A stretch of DNA of 64,000 bases from an uncultured delta proteobacterium (GTDB lineage: Bacteria > Myxococcota_A > Polyangia > Polyangiales > JAFGIB01). The stretch's first letter is position 1, and each line of letters opens with the position of its first letter. The stretch is taken from assembly GCA_963778655.1 (NCBI GenBank), contig CAVZVA010000003.1:640001-704000 (forward strand). Reading direction: 5' to 3'. Shown here one piece after another: positions 21,531 through 30,434 of this stretch. A model generated the notes under the pieces. The model made no database searches. It saw nothing but the letters and a program-made list of their open reading frames with translations, and had not been told where the DNA came from. The position numbers and the translations under genes were made by a program.

Positions 21531-23381
21531 ATGCGTGGGTCGAATCCGCTCGTGATGCTCGTGTTGTGCCTGTGCTTTGGCGCCGGCTGCGCTGCTGGCA
21601 GCCAAGGCAAGCGAGCCGGCGCAGGCTCTTCGAGCAAGGGCTCGGGCGGCACGACGGGCTCCTCGCCGTTCGCGAACGCCTCCGACCTCGGCAACGCCGA
21701 CGGCGGCGGGCGGCCGACGCTCAAGACCCCGGCGGGCTGCGGCAACGGCGAGCGCACGCCCGACGAGGCCTGCGACGACGGAAACACCAGCAGCGGAGAC
21801 GGTTGCAGCGCCGACTGCCTGGGTATCGAGACCGGCTACTCCTGCCCCACGCCGGGCATGCCGTGCCGGCGCATCGCGCGCTGCGGAGACGGCATTGTCG
21901 CGATCTCCGAGGCCTGCGACGACGGCAACACCGGCGACGGCGACGGCTGCTCGTCGCATTGCAAGGTCGAGCTCGGGTTCAAGTGCAGCGGCGAGCCGAG
22001 CAGCTGCTCGGCTACCACCTGCGGAGACAACAAGCAGGAGGGCGTCGAAGGCTGCGACGACGGCAACACGCTGCCCTTCGACGGCTGCTCCGCGAGCTGT
22101 CAGACCGAGCCCAACTGCAAGGGCGGCGCCTGCACGTCCAAGTGCGGCGACGGCCTGGTGCTCAACGAGGAGTGCGACGACGGCAACACCAAGGACGGCG
22201 ACGGCTGCTCGTCGAGCTGCAAGATCGAGCCGGGCTTCACCTGTACGACGGATACCACCTGCGAGATGCGCGATGGACAGTGCATCCTGCGGGTGCCGGC
22301 GATCTTCCGCGACTTCGACGAGAAGACGCAGATGGACTTCGGCATCGACTGCGGGCAGCTGGTCAAAGGTGTGGTGCAAGATACGCTCAACGCCGACGGC
22401 AAGCCGGTGCTGAAGGACGGCAGCGCGGTCTGCATCCACTCCGCGGACTCGTTTGCCGAGTGGTACACGGACAACTCGAAGAACGCGACCATCGTCGGCG
22501 AGCTCACGCTCTACGACAACGGCAAGGGCGGCTACGTCAATCGCTTCGGGCCCAATGGCGAGCAGTTCGCCGGCCCCAAGATGTATTCCAATATCGTCTA
22601 TGGCGGAACCGCCGGGATGGGCTGCGGCAGCTGCACGCCGTCGGCCAGCGGCCAGTGCTTCGATCCATGCACGCCCTGGAACGACATGAACCAGGCTTGC
22701 TGCGCCGACGAGAGCCAGATGTTCTACGATGGCAATCCGCTGTTCTTCCCCATCGACGACGCGCCCAATGCGCTGCCTGAGACGCGCTATCAGGCGGAGC
22801 TGCCGGAACAATACGGCTACAACGGCTGGCCCTACGAGAGCACGGTCTTTCCCAATGCGCCGCTGCACAACTTCCACTTCACGACGGAGGTGGTGTACTG
22901 GTTCAAGTACGACTCCGACACCTCGGCGGTGCTCGACTTCACCGGCGACGACGACGTGTGGGTGTTCGTCAACAGCAAGCTCGCAGTCGATCTGGGTGGG
23001 CCTCACGTGCCCGAGGACGGCTCGGTCACGATCGACGCGACCACGGCGGGCCAATTCGGGCTGAGCCCCGGCAACGTGTACGAGATCCGCGTGTTTCACG
23101 CGGAGCGCAAGGTCTACGGCTCCTCCTTCAGGCTCACGCTCTCCGGCTTCAACACCAACCGCAGCGACTGCGAGCCGGTCTGCGGAGACGGCATCGTGAC
23201 CGCGGGTGAGGAGTGCGACGACGGCGTCAACGACGGCGGCTACGAGGAGTGCGCGCCCGGCTGCGTGCTGGGGCCACGCTGCGGAGACGGCATCGTGCAG
23301 GACGGCGAGGACTGCGACGACGGCAACCGCCGCGACGGCGACGGCTGCGGCTCGTCCTGCCGCGTGCTCAAGCCGCGCTGA
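21531..23381 (+). CDS. Myxococcus cysteine-rich repeat (DUF4215-like) + fibro-slime/PA14 domain lipoprotein
   Basis: Multiple CG(D/N)G..E.CDDGN..GDGCS repeats; HNFHFTTE, FTGDDDVWVFVN..LAVDLGG, FHAER; lipobox FGAG-C. Confidence 0.9.
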   Translation: MRGSNPLVMLVLCLCFGAGCAAGSQGKRAGAGSSSKGSGGTTGSSPFANASDLGNADGGGRPTLKTPAGCGNGERTPDEACDDGNTSSGDGCSADCLGIETGYSCPTPGMPCRRIARCGDGIVAISEACDDGNTGDGDGCSSHCKVELGFKCSGEPSSCSATTCGDNKQEGVEGCDDGNTLPFDGCSASCQTEPNCKGGACTSKCGDGLVLNEECDDGNTKDGDGCSSSCKIEPGFTCTTDTTCEMRDGQCILRVPAIFRDFDEKTQMDFGIDCGQLVKGVVQDTLNADGKPVLKDGSAVCIHSADSFAEWYTDNSKNATIVGELTLYDNGKGGYVNRFGPNGEQFAGPKMYSNIVYGGTAGMGCGSCTPSASGQCFDPCTPWNDMNQACCADESQMFYDGNPLFFPIDDAPNALPETRYQAELPEQYGYNGWPYESTVFPNAPLHNFHFTTEVVYWFKYDSDTSAVLDFTGDDDVWVFVNSKLAVDLGGPHVPEDGSVTIDATTAGQFGLSPGNVYEIRVFHAERKVYGSSFRLTLSGFNTNRSDCEPVCGDGIVTAGEECDDGVNDGGYEECAPGCVLGPRCGDGIVQDGEDCDDGNRRDGDGCGSSCRVLKPR

Positions 23382-23386
23382 GTGAC

Positions 23387-24177
23387 CGGGAGGGGCACGC
23401 GCCCCTCCCGCCCCACCGGCAAAGCCGTTGGGGCCCCACCCTCCTGCGGGGTTCGCTCCACTGCGTTGCGCTCACTCCGCCCGCGCCAAGCTGGTGCGTC
23501 GCGCCACGCGCCCCTCCCGCCCCACCGGCAAAGCCGTTGGGGCCCCACCCTCCTGCGGGGTTCGCTCCACTGCGTTGCGCTCACTCCGCCCGCGCCAAGC
23601 TGGTGCGTCGCGCCACGCCCCCCTCCCGCCCCACCGGCAAAGCCGTTGGGGCCCCACCCTCCTGCGGGGTTCGCTCCACTGCGTTGCGCTCACTCCGCCC
23701 GCGCCAAGCTGGTGCGTCGCGCCACGCCCCCCTCCCGCCCCACCGGCAAAGCCGTTGGGGCCCCACCCTCCTGCGGGGTTCGCTCCACTGCGTTGCGCTC
23801 ACTCCGCCCGCGCCAAGCTGGTGCGTCGCGCCACGCCCCCCTCCCGCCCCACCGGCAAAGCCGTTGGGGCCCCACCCTCCTGCGGGGTTCGCTCCACTGC
23901 GTTGCGCTCACTCCGCCCGCGCCAAGCTGGTGCGTCGCGCCACGCCCCCCTCCCGCCCCACCGGCAAAGCCGTTGGGGCCCCACCCTCCTGCGGGGTTCG
24001 CTCCACTGCGTTGCGCTCACTCCGCCCGCGCCAAGCTGGTGCGTCGCGCCACGCCCCCCTCCCGCCCCACCGGCAAAGCCGTTGGGGCCCCACCCTCCTG
24101 CGGGGTTCGCTCCACTGCGTTGCGCTCACTCCGCCCGCGCCAAGCTGGTGCGTCGCGCCACGCCCCCCTCCCGCCCC
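23387..24177. repeat. Tandem array of a 109-bp unit, about 7.2 near-identical copies
   Basis: Units start at 23401, 23510, 23619, 23728, 23837, 23946, 24055 and a partial at 24164; only a G/C difference at the unit start; no spacers; preceded by hairpin gggaggggc-acgc-gcccctccc. Confidence 0.95.
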
Positions 24178-24189
24178 GGGCATCAACTT

Positions 24190-24360
24190 CTAGAGCACCG
24201 AACATATTGAAACGTGTGCGAAGTCGGGGTCATGGCGGGATGCAGGGTGCGGGCCGGAGCCCGAAGGCGTAGTCCATCCTACGTCGAGCGGGGAGCGCGC
24301 GTGCCATGCGCCCGCGCGGGCCCCGAAGTCGTGCGTGTTTCAATAGATTCGGTGCTCTAG
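24190..24360. mobile_element. MITE-like element with ~40-bp terminal inverted repeats and CTAG ends
   Basis: ctagagcaccgaacatattgaaac.. (24190-24229) is inverted relative to ..gtttcaatagattcggtgctctag (24321-24360); the outer 24 nt match 22/24; no transposase. Confidence 0.65.
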
Positions 24361-25901
24361 TTGACCAGCTTGGCGAAGTCCGGCACCGGGGAGTTGTCGA
24401 TCGACGGCAGCCCGAGTGTGCCGCCTGTCACGTTGCCATACTGGATGCACATCTCGCCATTGTAGACCTCGTTGGCGAAGTGCAGCGTGCCCACCGTCTC
24501 CGGGGTGGGGGCGTGCGCGTCTTCTGCAGCGCGCGCATCGGTGAACTCGATGTGGCAGTTGAAGTGCATCTTGTCGCCGGGGTGCAACATCACCACGCCG
24601 GAAGCCGCCCCGTCGGTCTTGGCGCCGGGATTGACCGGGGGGTTCTGCACCAGGGTGTTGTACTGGTACGTGGGCATGTCGAACCAGTCGTACGACTGGT
24701 AGATCGGTTCCGGATCGCCGCCGCTCGCGCGCTCGATCCAGGTGCTGAAGTTCGGCGTCCAGAAGTGTCGGTGTCCAAACACCCGCATCACGCGCGTTTC
24801 GGCGTTGACCGCAAAGGAGTAGTGCAGGTCCTTGGTCTCGCCCGGGGCCACGCTGAGACCGATCACCTGGGTGGGCTCCATGCCCATATACCAACTCACC
24901 AGCGTGCGCGCGTCGGGCTCGAACCAGATGTTGACCCAGCCCTCGCGCAGCACCGGGCTCGAGGTGGCGTTGAAGTGGTGCATGTTGAATAGCACGCGCG
25001 GCGCCGCGGGGAACTTCAGATACAGGCCCTCGTCCTCGGGCGCCTTGTCCAGCGTGGCGGGCTCGCCGTCGTCGGGCCGCTGCTGGCCGCCGAGGATGCC
25101 TACGAGCGTGCCCGAGGTCGGATCGAAGGGCCCGGGCAGGGCCTCGCCGCCGCCGTTGGAGATCCAGCCATCCGGCGCCGACGACATGTGCAGCGAGATG
25201 ATGTTGTGATGTGACCCGGTCCGCATGCGGAAGTAGGTGCGGAAGTAGTTGAACGCATCGGCGTTATGCGCAGTGGTCATATAGTTCTGCGTGACCTCGT
25301 CACCCGGCATCAGCATCCACTCGGGCCCCGGATTGTCGTAGTCGCTGAAGTCGCCGGCCCAGATCTTGGCCCAGTACGCGTCGGTGTCGCCCTGCGGATG
25401 CACGCCGACCTGGATGCCCTTGTCGGGTGGCGGCGGAAGGATGCAGAACTGATCGCCCGGGAACTGCGTCTTGAAGCCCGGGATCGCGTCGATGCAACGG
25501 ATCGCGTAGGGGTTGTTGGTGGTGGAATTGAACGGCTCGCACTTGTTGGGCAGCACGCTGCCGCCCGGGCTGTACTGCATGCCCTCGAGCGGCAGGCCCT
25601 GACAGCTCGGGGGAATCGGACAGCTCGGACACGCCGAGGCCATCGCGCTCGCGCCTGCGTCCCCGACCGGGTTCCCGGCCCCGCCGCCTGTGGCGGGCAT
25701 GGCGGCGGTGGAAGCGCCCGCGGCCCCGGAAAGGCCCGGCGTCGAGGATGGGTTCGAGCCCGCCGCGGACGGCGTGACCGATCCACCGGCCGCGGGCGTA
25801 CCCGGAGTCGCGGGCATGCTCATGCCCGTCTGCTTCGCATCGCCGCTGCAGCCGAGTCCGACCGCAAGCAGCAGCGTCATCGTCGCGGTTCTGTTGCCCA
25901 T
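24357..25901 (-). CDS. Copper type II monooxygenase (PHM/DBM)-like lipoprotein
   Basis: Lipobox VGLG-C; GSHH, NMHH, GHRH and GEMC motifs in the order of the CuH/CuM ligands. Confidence 0.7.
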   Translation of the reverse strand: MGNRTATMTLLLAVGLGCSGDAKQTGMSMPATPGTPAAGGSVTPSAAGSNPSSTPGLSGAAGASTAAMPATGGGAGNPVGDAGASAMASACPSCPIPPSCQGLPLEGMQYSPGGSVLPNKCEPFNSTTNNPYAIRCIDAIPGFKTQFPGDQFCILPPPPDKGIQVGVHPQGDTDAYWAKIWAGDFSDYDNPGPEWMLMPGDEVTQNYMTTAHNADAFNYFRTYFRMRTGSHHNIISLHMSSAPDGWISNGGGEALPGPFDPTSGTLVGILGGQQRPDDGEPATLDKAPEDEGLYLKFPAAPRVLFNMHHFNATSSPVLREGWVNIWFEPDARTLVSWYMGMEPTQVIGLSVAPGETKDLHYSFAVNAETRVMRVFGHRHFWTPNFSTWIERASGGDPEPIYQSYDWFDMPTYQYNTLVQNPPVNPGAKTDGAASGVVMLHPGDKMHFNCHIEFTDARAAEDAHAPTPETVGTLHFANEVYNGEMCIQYGNVTGGTLGLPSIDNSPVPDFAKLVN

Positions 25902-25994
25902 ACGCCGTTCCTCCCGACCCACCCACGCCGTAGATACTCAGGTACTCACTTCATTGACGCATATGTTCTCGCTCACCCGCCGGACCGGCTGCTC

Positions 25995-27803
25995 CTAGGC
26001 CCCCGGCTGGCGGCGCGCGATCGCCAGCCGCGCGAGCTGCAGGAACTCGCGCCGGTTGGTGGGGCCGAGCGGGCGCTGAAAGCTCCAGCGCCGCAGACCC
26101 AGCTCCGAGTCCCAATGCCGCCGCACCTGCGCAAAGGTGCTGGCCGCGGCCGCGCAACGCTTGGCGGCGGGATCGACGCAGAAGATCTTGGCCGCGGTCA
26201 GGCCGAAGATCTTGGCTTTGATCTCCGGCGTGAGCGCGGGATAGCCGTACATCTGCTGAAACTCGGGCGTGATCTGGAACATGCGGAAGGCTTCGATCTG
26301 CGGCTGCGGGCTCCCGTACAGGATGCAATCGGTGCCCCACACCACGTGGTCGGGCCCCACGTACTTGAGCAGCTTGCCGATGAAGTGCTGGGCCGCGACC
26401 GCGTCGTTCATCACGTTGCTCCACGCGCTGCCCAGCTCGGCGTAGACGTTGGTGTTGTTGTCGGGACCGATGCCGGCGGCGCGCAGCGAGGCGATCAGCT
26501 GATCGGCCCCCTGAAGCATGCGCGGGTCGGTGATGCTCTCGTCGAAGGGGTGGTTCTCGACGCTCGAGAGCCCCAGCAGGTTGCTGGTTCCGGCACCGAT
26601 GCCCGAGTGGTAGATGATGAAGTTGGCCTCCGGGTATTTCTGCGCGACGTCGCCGATCTCTACCGGCTGGTTGTGCTCCACGTCGAAGCCCGGGATCGGC
26701 AGGCCCTTGTGGATGGCGAAGTTCGGGATGCCGAGCTCGAGCCCGTGCTCGATGAACTGCGTGCCCACGTCATCGTTGAGGAAGTAGCCCATCCCGCCGA
26801 TGCCGGAGGGCGCCGGCCCCCACGCCGGATAGGCCTTCCAGCTCACCGCGCTCCAGGCCGGATCCTGACGCGCCATGGTCATCACGTCGCGCTGCAGCTC
26901 CCAGCGGTCGTTGGGCATCACCTGGATCTGGTTCACCACACGCTGCGACTTGAGCAGCATGTTGATGTCGTCGCGCAGCTTGCGCATGCCCTCGTTCGAC
27001 AGCGGCAGGCCGCACGCGGTCTGCACGTCCTGGGTGCAGAGCTGGGCGGGCCACGAGGTGATCACGGAGATCGTGGTGTCGCTCTCCACGAACATGTACT
27101 TGCCGTAGTGCTGCTCGTCGAAGCAGTTGAGCTTGTCGTTGCCCGCGTCGGTGCAGGTGGCGAGCAGGCCCAGGAAATTCGAGTAGACGCTGTTCTTCAT
27201 CCGCCACTCGCCGTTGTCGAAGCTGTGGGTCTGGATGTCGAAGATGAAATCGTCGCCCGCGAGCAGGTCGGTGTCCTCGCAGGTCGCCTCGACCGGCACG
27301 ACATAAGGACAATCGGACGCTTGGGCGCCCGCGCCGGGTGCGCTGGCGTCGATGCCGCCGCCTCCGCCTCCGTCCGAGGCCCCGGCCGGACCGCCGTCGC
27401 CGGTCGCGCCTGCACCTGCACCGGCCGCTGCGCTCGAACCGGCGCCCGTCCGGCCGGCGGCCGCCCCGGAGCCTCCCTGCATCATCGCCTTGACGTCCGC
27501 CGGCGACATCTTGGTCATGCCGTTGCCGGATTTTCCGCTGCAACCGCTGACCTGGTTGATCACGGCCAGCGTGGTGAACATGCCCATCGAGCTGGCGAGG
27601 AAGTCGCGGCGTGCAATGCCTAGCCGGCGCGCCTGCTCGTCGGCACGCTCCATCACCAGCCGGTAGGCCTGGCGTTCGGCCGGCGTTTGCTCGTGGTAGT
27701 ATTCGCCGTTGGAGCGGTTGCCGAGCCAGATCGGCGGGCCTTCGGGGAGCTCGGGCTGCGACTTCCTGTGCAGCGCGAGCCAAGGGAAACGACGCTTGGC
27801 CAT
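25995..27803 (-). CDS. Amidohydrolase family protein (putative Tat lipoprotein)
   Basis: FIFDIQTH, IHKG, IYHSG, VYAELGS, VVWGTD; internal RRDFL..VSG-C. Confidence 0.8.
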   Translation of the reverse strand: MAKRRFPWLALHRKSQPELPEGPPIWLGNRSNGEYYHEQTPAERQAYRLVMERADEQARRLGIARRDFLASSMGMFTTLAVINQVSGCSGKSGNGMTKMSPADVKAMMQGGSGAAAGRTGAGSSAAAGAGAGATGDGGPAGASDGGGGGGIDASAPGAGAQASDCPYVVPVEATCEDTDLLAGDDFIFDIQTHSFDNGEWRMKNSVYSNFLGLLATCTDAGNDKLNCFDEQHYGKYMFVESDTTISVITSWPAQLCTQDVQTACGLPLSNEGMRKLRDDINMLLKSQRVVNQIQVMPNDRWELQRDVMTMARQDPAWSAVSWKAYPAWGPAPSGIGGMGYFLNDDVGTQFIEHGLELGIPNFAIHKGLPIPGFDVEHNQPVEIGDVAQKYPEANFIIYHSGIGAGTSNLLGLSSVENHPFDESITDPRMLQGADQLIASLRAAGIGPDNNTNVYAELGSAWSNVMNDAVAAQHFIGKLLKYVGPDHVVWGTDCILYGSPQPQIEAFRMFQITPEFQQMYGYPALTPEIKAKIFGLTAAKIFCVDPAAKRCAAAASTFAQVRRHWDSELGLRRWSFQRPLGPTNRREFLQLARLAIARRQPGA

Positions 27804-27883
27804 GCCTCAGCCTCCTTCACAACACCCGCGCGCCCCGCGGCGCGCGACCCACTGATGCGCTACCACGTGCTGTAGAATGAAGC

Positions 27884-27900
27884 AACTGAGTAACTCAGTT
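27884..27900. promoter_or_regulatory. Perfect palindromic operator-like site in divergent promoter
   Basis: AACTGAGT-A-ACTCAGTT in an AT-rich intergenic region. Confidence 0.65.
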
Positions 27901-27961
27901 ATTGAGTATTCTTGCTACGGATGCTAGGCCCTGAGGGGGTGGGCGGCGCCTGCCTACAGCC

Positions 27962-29395
27962 ATGCCGTATCTCCAGCAGCGCGGGCCCCTCGCGGCCATT
28001 CTCGGCGCGTTCTTCCTGGTCTTCCTGCCGCTTGCGCTGCTGTTGGTGACCCCCAACTTCGTGGCCGCCCTGCCGTACCTGTACGTGGCGTATGCCGTGG
28101 GGCTGGGGACGAGCCACTTCTTCATCACGCTGGCGGTCTATCTCCAGGCGCAGAACCGTGCGCACTTCGCGGCCACGCTGCGCAATCGCCTGATCTACTT
28201 CGCGGCGCCGATCGTGATTCTCGGCCTGTTCGCGCTCAGCGCGGCCAGCGACTTTCGCGTGCAGCACGCGGCGCTGGCGGCCTACCTGTTCTCGGCGCTG
28301 CGCTTCTTCGATTTCTTTCACGTGGGGCGCCAGAGCACCGGCGTGCTGCAGCTACTGAAGCGCGGCGCGGCTCCGGCCCTGCCCGGCTGGCTGCCCCGCG
28401 CCGAGAACGCGTTCTTCGTCGGCATGGCGCTGCTGCAGTGGGAGACGTTCCTGCTGGGCGGGCGCTTCGACGCCGAGCGGCTGGCGGCGCAGCTGCCCGC
28501 GTGGGCGCTGGGCGGGCTGGCCTGCGCGATCCTGATGAGTCACCTCAGACTCGGGTTTCGCCCCTTTGCGGCGGATGCGGCTCCCGGCGCGGACACGACG
28601 CGCGCGGACGCGAGCCCACCGAGCCCAGAGCAAGCTCGCGCGCCGCTCGGGCACCGCCCGCGGCAAGCCTGGCTGCCCCCGCTGTACTTCGCGTTGCAGG
28701 CGATCTCGGCCGCGGCGGCGGTGTTCGAGACGCGGCTCTACATCGTCGCGCTCGCCATGCACTACGTCGAGTATCACGTGATCATGCATCCGCGCTGCTT
28801 CGAGAGCGCGTTCGATCCCGCGAGCCGACTCGACCGCGCGTTCGCGTTCGTTCGCGCGCGGCCGGGGCTGTTCTACGGAGTGCTGGCCGCAATCGTCTTG
28901 GCCTTCGAGCTGCGCAGCTACGCGCCTGCCGGGCTCTCGCCGAGCACCCGAATGGCGGTCCATGCCTTCGACGGCATCTTCTTCGTGCACTACTTCCTCG
29001 AGGCCTTCCTGTGGAAGCTCTCTGATCCGTTCTATCGCCGCACGCTCGCTCCGCTGTACCTCGACGCGCGCCCGCCGCGGCCCCGACTCTCGCTCCGGGC
29101 CCTGGTACGGCGCATGGCCTGGTTCGCCGTGCCGTTCGCGCCGGTGGCGCTGCTGATGCTGGCGACGGGCTCAGTCGGGCCCGCCGCGCACGCCTTCGAG
29201 CGTCTGGCGATCGCGCCGCTCGACGCCGAAAACCACCTGCGCTGGGGCGTGGAGCTCGCCGGCCGCAGCGAGCTCGTGAAGTCGCGGCGGCACCTGGGCG
29301 TCGCGGTGCGCGAGCATGCGCAGGACCCGCGCGCGAAGACGGCGCTGGAGTGGGTCGAACGCCGGCTCTCTGCACAAGCCAGCGGCGCCCGCTAG
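27962..29395 (+). CDS. Polytopic membrane protein of unknown function with His motifs
   Basis: Multiple TM helices; SHFF, FHVGRQSTG, MHYVEYH, VHYFLEAFLWK; C-terminal TPR-like helix pair. Confidence 0.75.
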   Translation: MPYLQQRGPLAAILGAFFLVFLPLALLLVTPNFVAALPYLYVAYAVGLGTSHFFITLAVYLQAQNRAHFAATLRNRLIYFAAPIVILGLFALSAASDFRVQHAALAAYLFSALRFFDFFHVGRQSTGVLQLLKRGAAPALPGWLPRAENAFFVGMALLQWETFLLGGRFDAERLAAQLPAWALGGLACAILMSHLRLGFRPFAADAAPGADTTRADASPPSPEQARAPLGHRPRQAWLPPLYFALQAISAAAAVFETRLYIVALAMHYVEYHVIMHPRCFESAFDPASRLDRAFAFVRARPGLFYGVLAAIVLAFELRSYAPAGLSPSTRMAVHAFDGIFFVHYFLEAFLWKLSDPFYRRTLAPLYLDARPPRPRLSLRALVRRMAWFAVPFAPVALLMLATGSVGPAAHAFERLAIAPLDAENHLRWGVELAGRSELVKSRRHLGVAVREHAQDPRAKTALEWVERRLSAQASGAR

Positions 29396-29473
29396 CGCCG
29401 CGGGGCGGCCTCTCGTGCGGACGTGCTAGCCTCCTGCCCAACGCCGCGAGCGGGCGGGCGGGATTGTGCGACG

Positions 29474-30406
29474 ATGAATGCAACGCAGGCGCCTTCGCTG
29501 CGGGAGGTCTGGACCCGCAAGCTGATCTACCCGGGGCACACGCTGCCGACCGCGCTGGCGCCGGTGATCGTCGCGATTGGCCTGGCGCTGCGAGACCGGC
29601 TGTTCGCGCCGCTGCCGGCGCTACTGGCGTTCTTGGCCGGCTGGTTGATCCAGTTCGCGGGCGTGGTGACCGACAACTACGAGAACCTGGTACAGCAGCC
29701 CGACGATCGCGAGCATCCGGAGCTGGTGCACGCGGTTCAGTCGGGCATGCTGACGCTGCGCCACCTCAAGCTCACCCTGCTCGCGAGCTACGGGCTCGCG
29801 CTGCTGGCCGGTGTCGGCCTTTTGCTGCTGGCCGGCTGGCCGGTGGTGGTGATCGGGCTGCTGAGCATGGCGGCTAGCTTCCTCTATTCGGCGGGACCGC
29901 TCCCGATCGGGCGCCTGGGTCTGGCCGATCCGCTGTTCTTCCTGTTCTTCGGCGTGGTCTCGGTGGTGGGAACGTACTACGTGCAAGCCGCGAGCGTGCT
30001 CGGCGCCGGGCACCTGCGCGAGGCGCTGGCGCCCGCCGCCTTCGCGGCCGGCGTGCCGCTGGGCGCGCTGATCACCGGCATCCTGATCATCGACGACATC
30101 CGCGACTGCGCGCACGACGCGGTCAAGGGCAAGAACACCGTGGCCGTGCGCTTCGGCAAGCGCTGGAGCCGGATCGAGCTCGGCGCGCTGCTGCTGCTGG
30201 CCTATCTCGCCCCGTTCTGGCTGTGGCACGTGTATGCGCTGGGGCCGAGCGTGCTGCTGCCCGTGCTCAGCGCGCCGCTGGCGCTGCGGGTGGCGCGCGT
30301 GGTCTTTCGCCACGACGACTACGCCGCGCTGCTGCCGATGACGCCCAGGATGGCCCAGACCACGGTGCTCTACGCGCTGCTACTGGCGCTGGGACTGGCG
30401 CTCTGA
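29474..30406 (+). CDS. UbiA-family prenyltransferase, MenA-like (divergent)
   Basis: TLPTALAPV, LYSAGPLP..GLAD, DDIRD..HDAVKGKNTVAVRFG. Confidence 0.8.
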   Translation: MNATQAPSLREVWTRKLIYPGHTLPTALAPVIVAIGLALRDRLFAPLPALLAFLAGWLIQFAGVVTDNYENLVQQPDDREHPELVHAVQSGMLTLRHLKLTLLASYGLALLAGVGLLLLAGWPVVVIGLLSMAASFLYSAGPLPIGRLGLADPLFFLFFGVVSVVGTYYVQAASVLGAGHLREALAPAAFAAGVPLGALITGILIIDDIRDCAHDAVKGKNTVAVRFGKRWSRIELGALLLLAYLAPFWLWHVYALGPSVLLPVLSAPLALRVARVVFRHDDYAALLPMTPRMAQTTVLYALLLALGLAL

Positions 30407-30434
30407 CGCGGCCTGCGCCGCTGCGGAGCGGCGC

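Noticed and set aside
23387..24177. CRISPR array
   Set aside because: Units are identical end to end with no unique spacers, and there is no cas gene in the window
23213..24272. ORFs spanning the 109-bp array
   Set aside because: They arise from a stop-free repeat whose period is not divisible by 3; no credible start or RBS and low-complexity products
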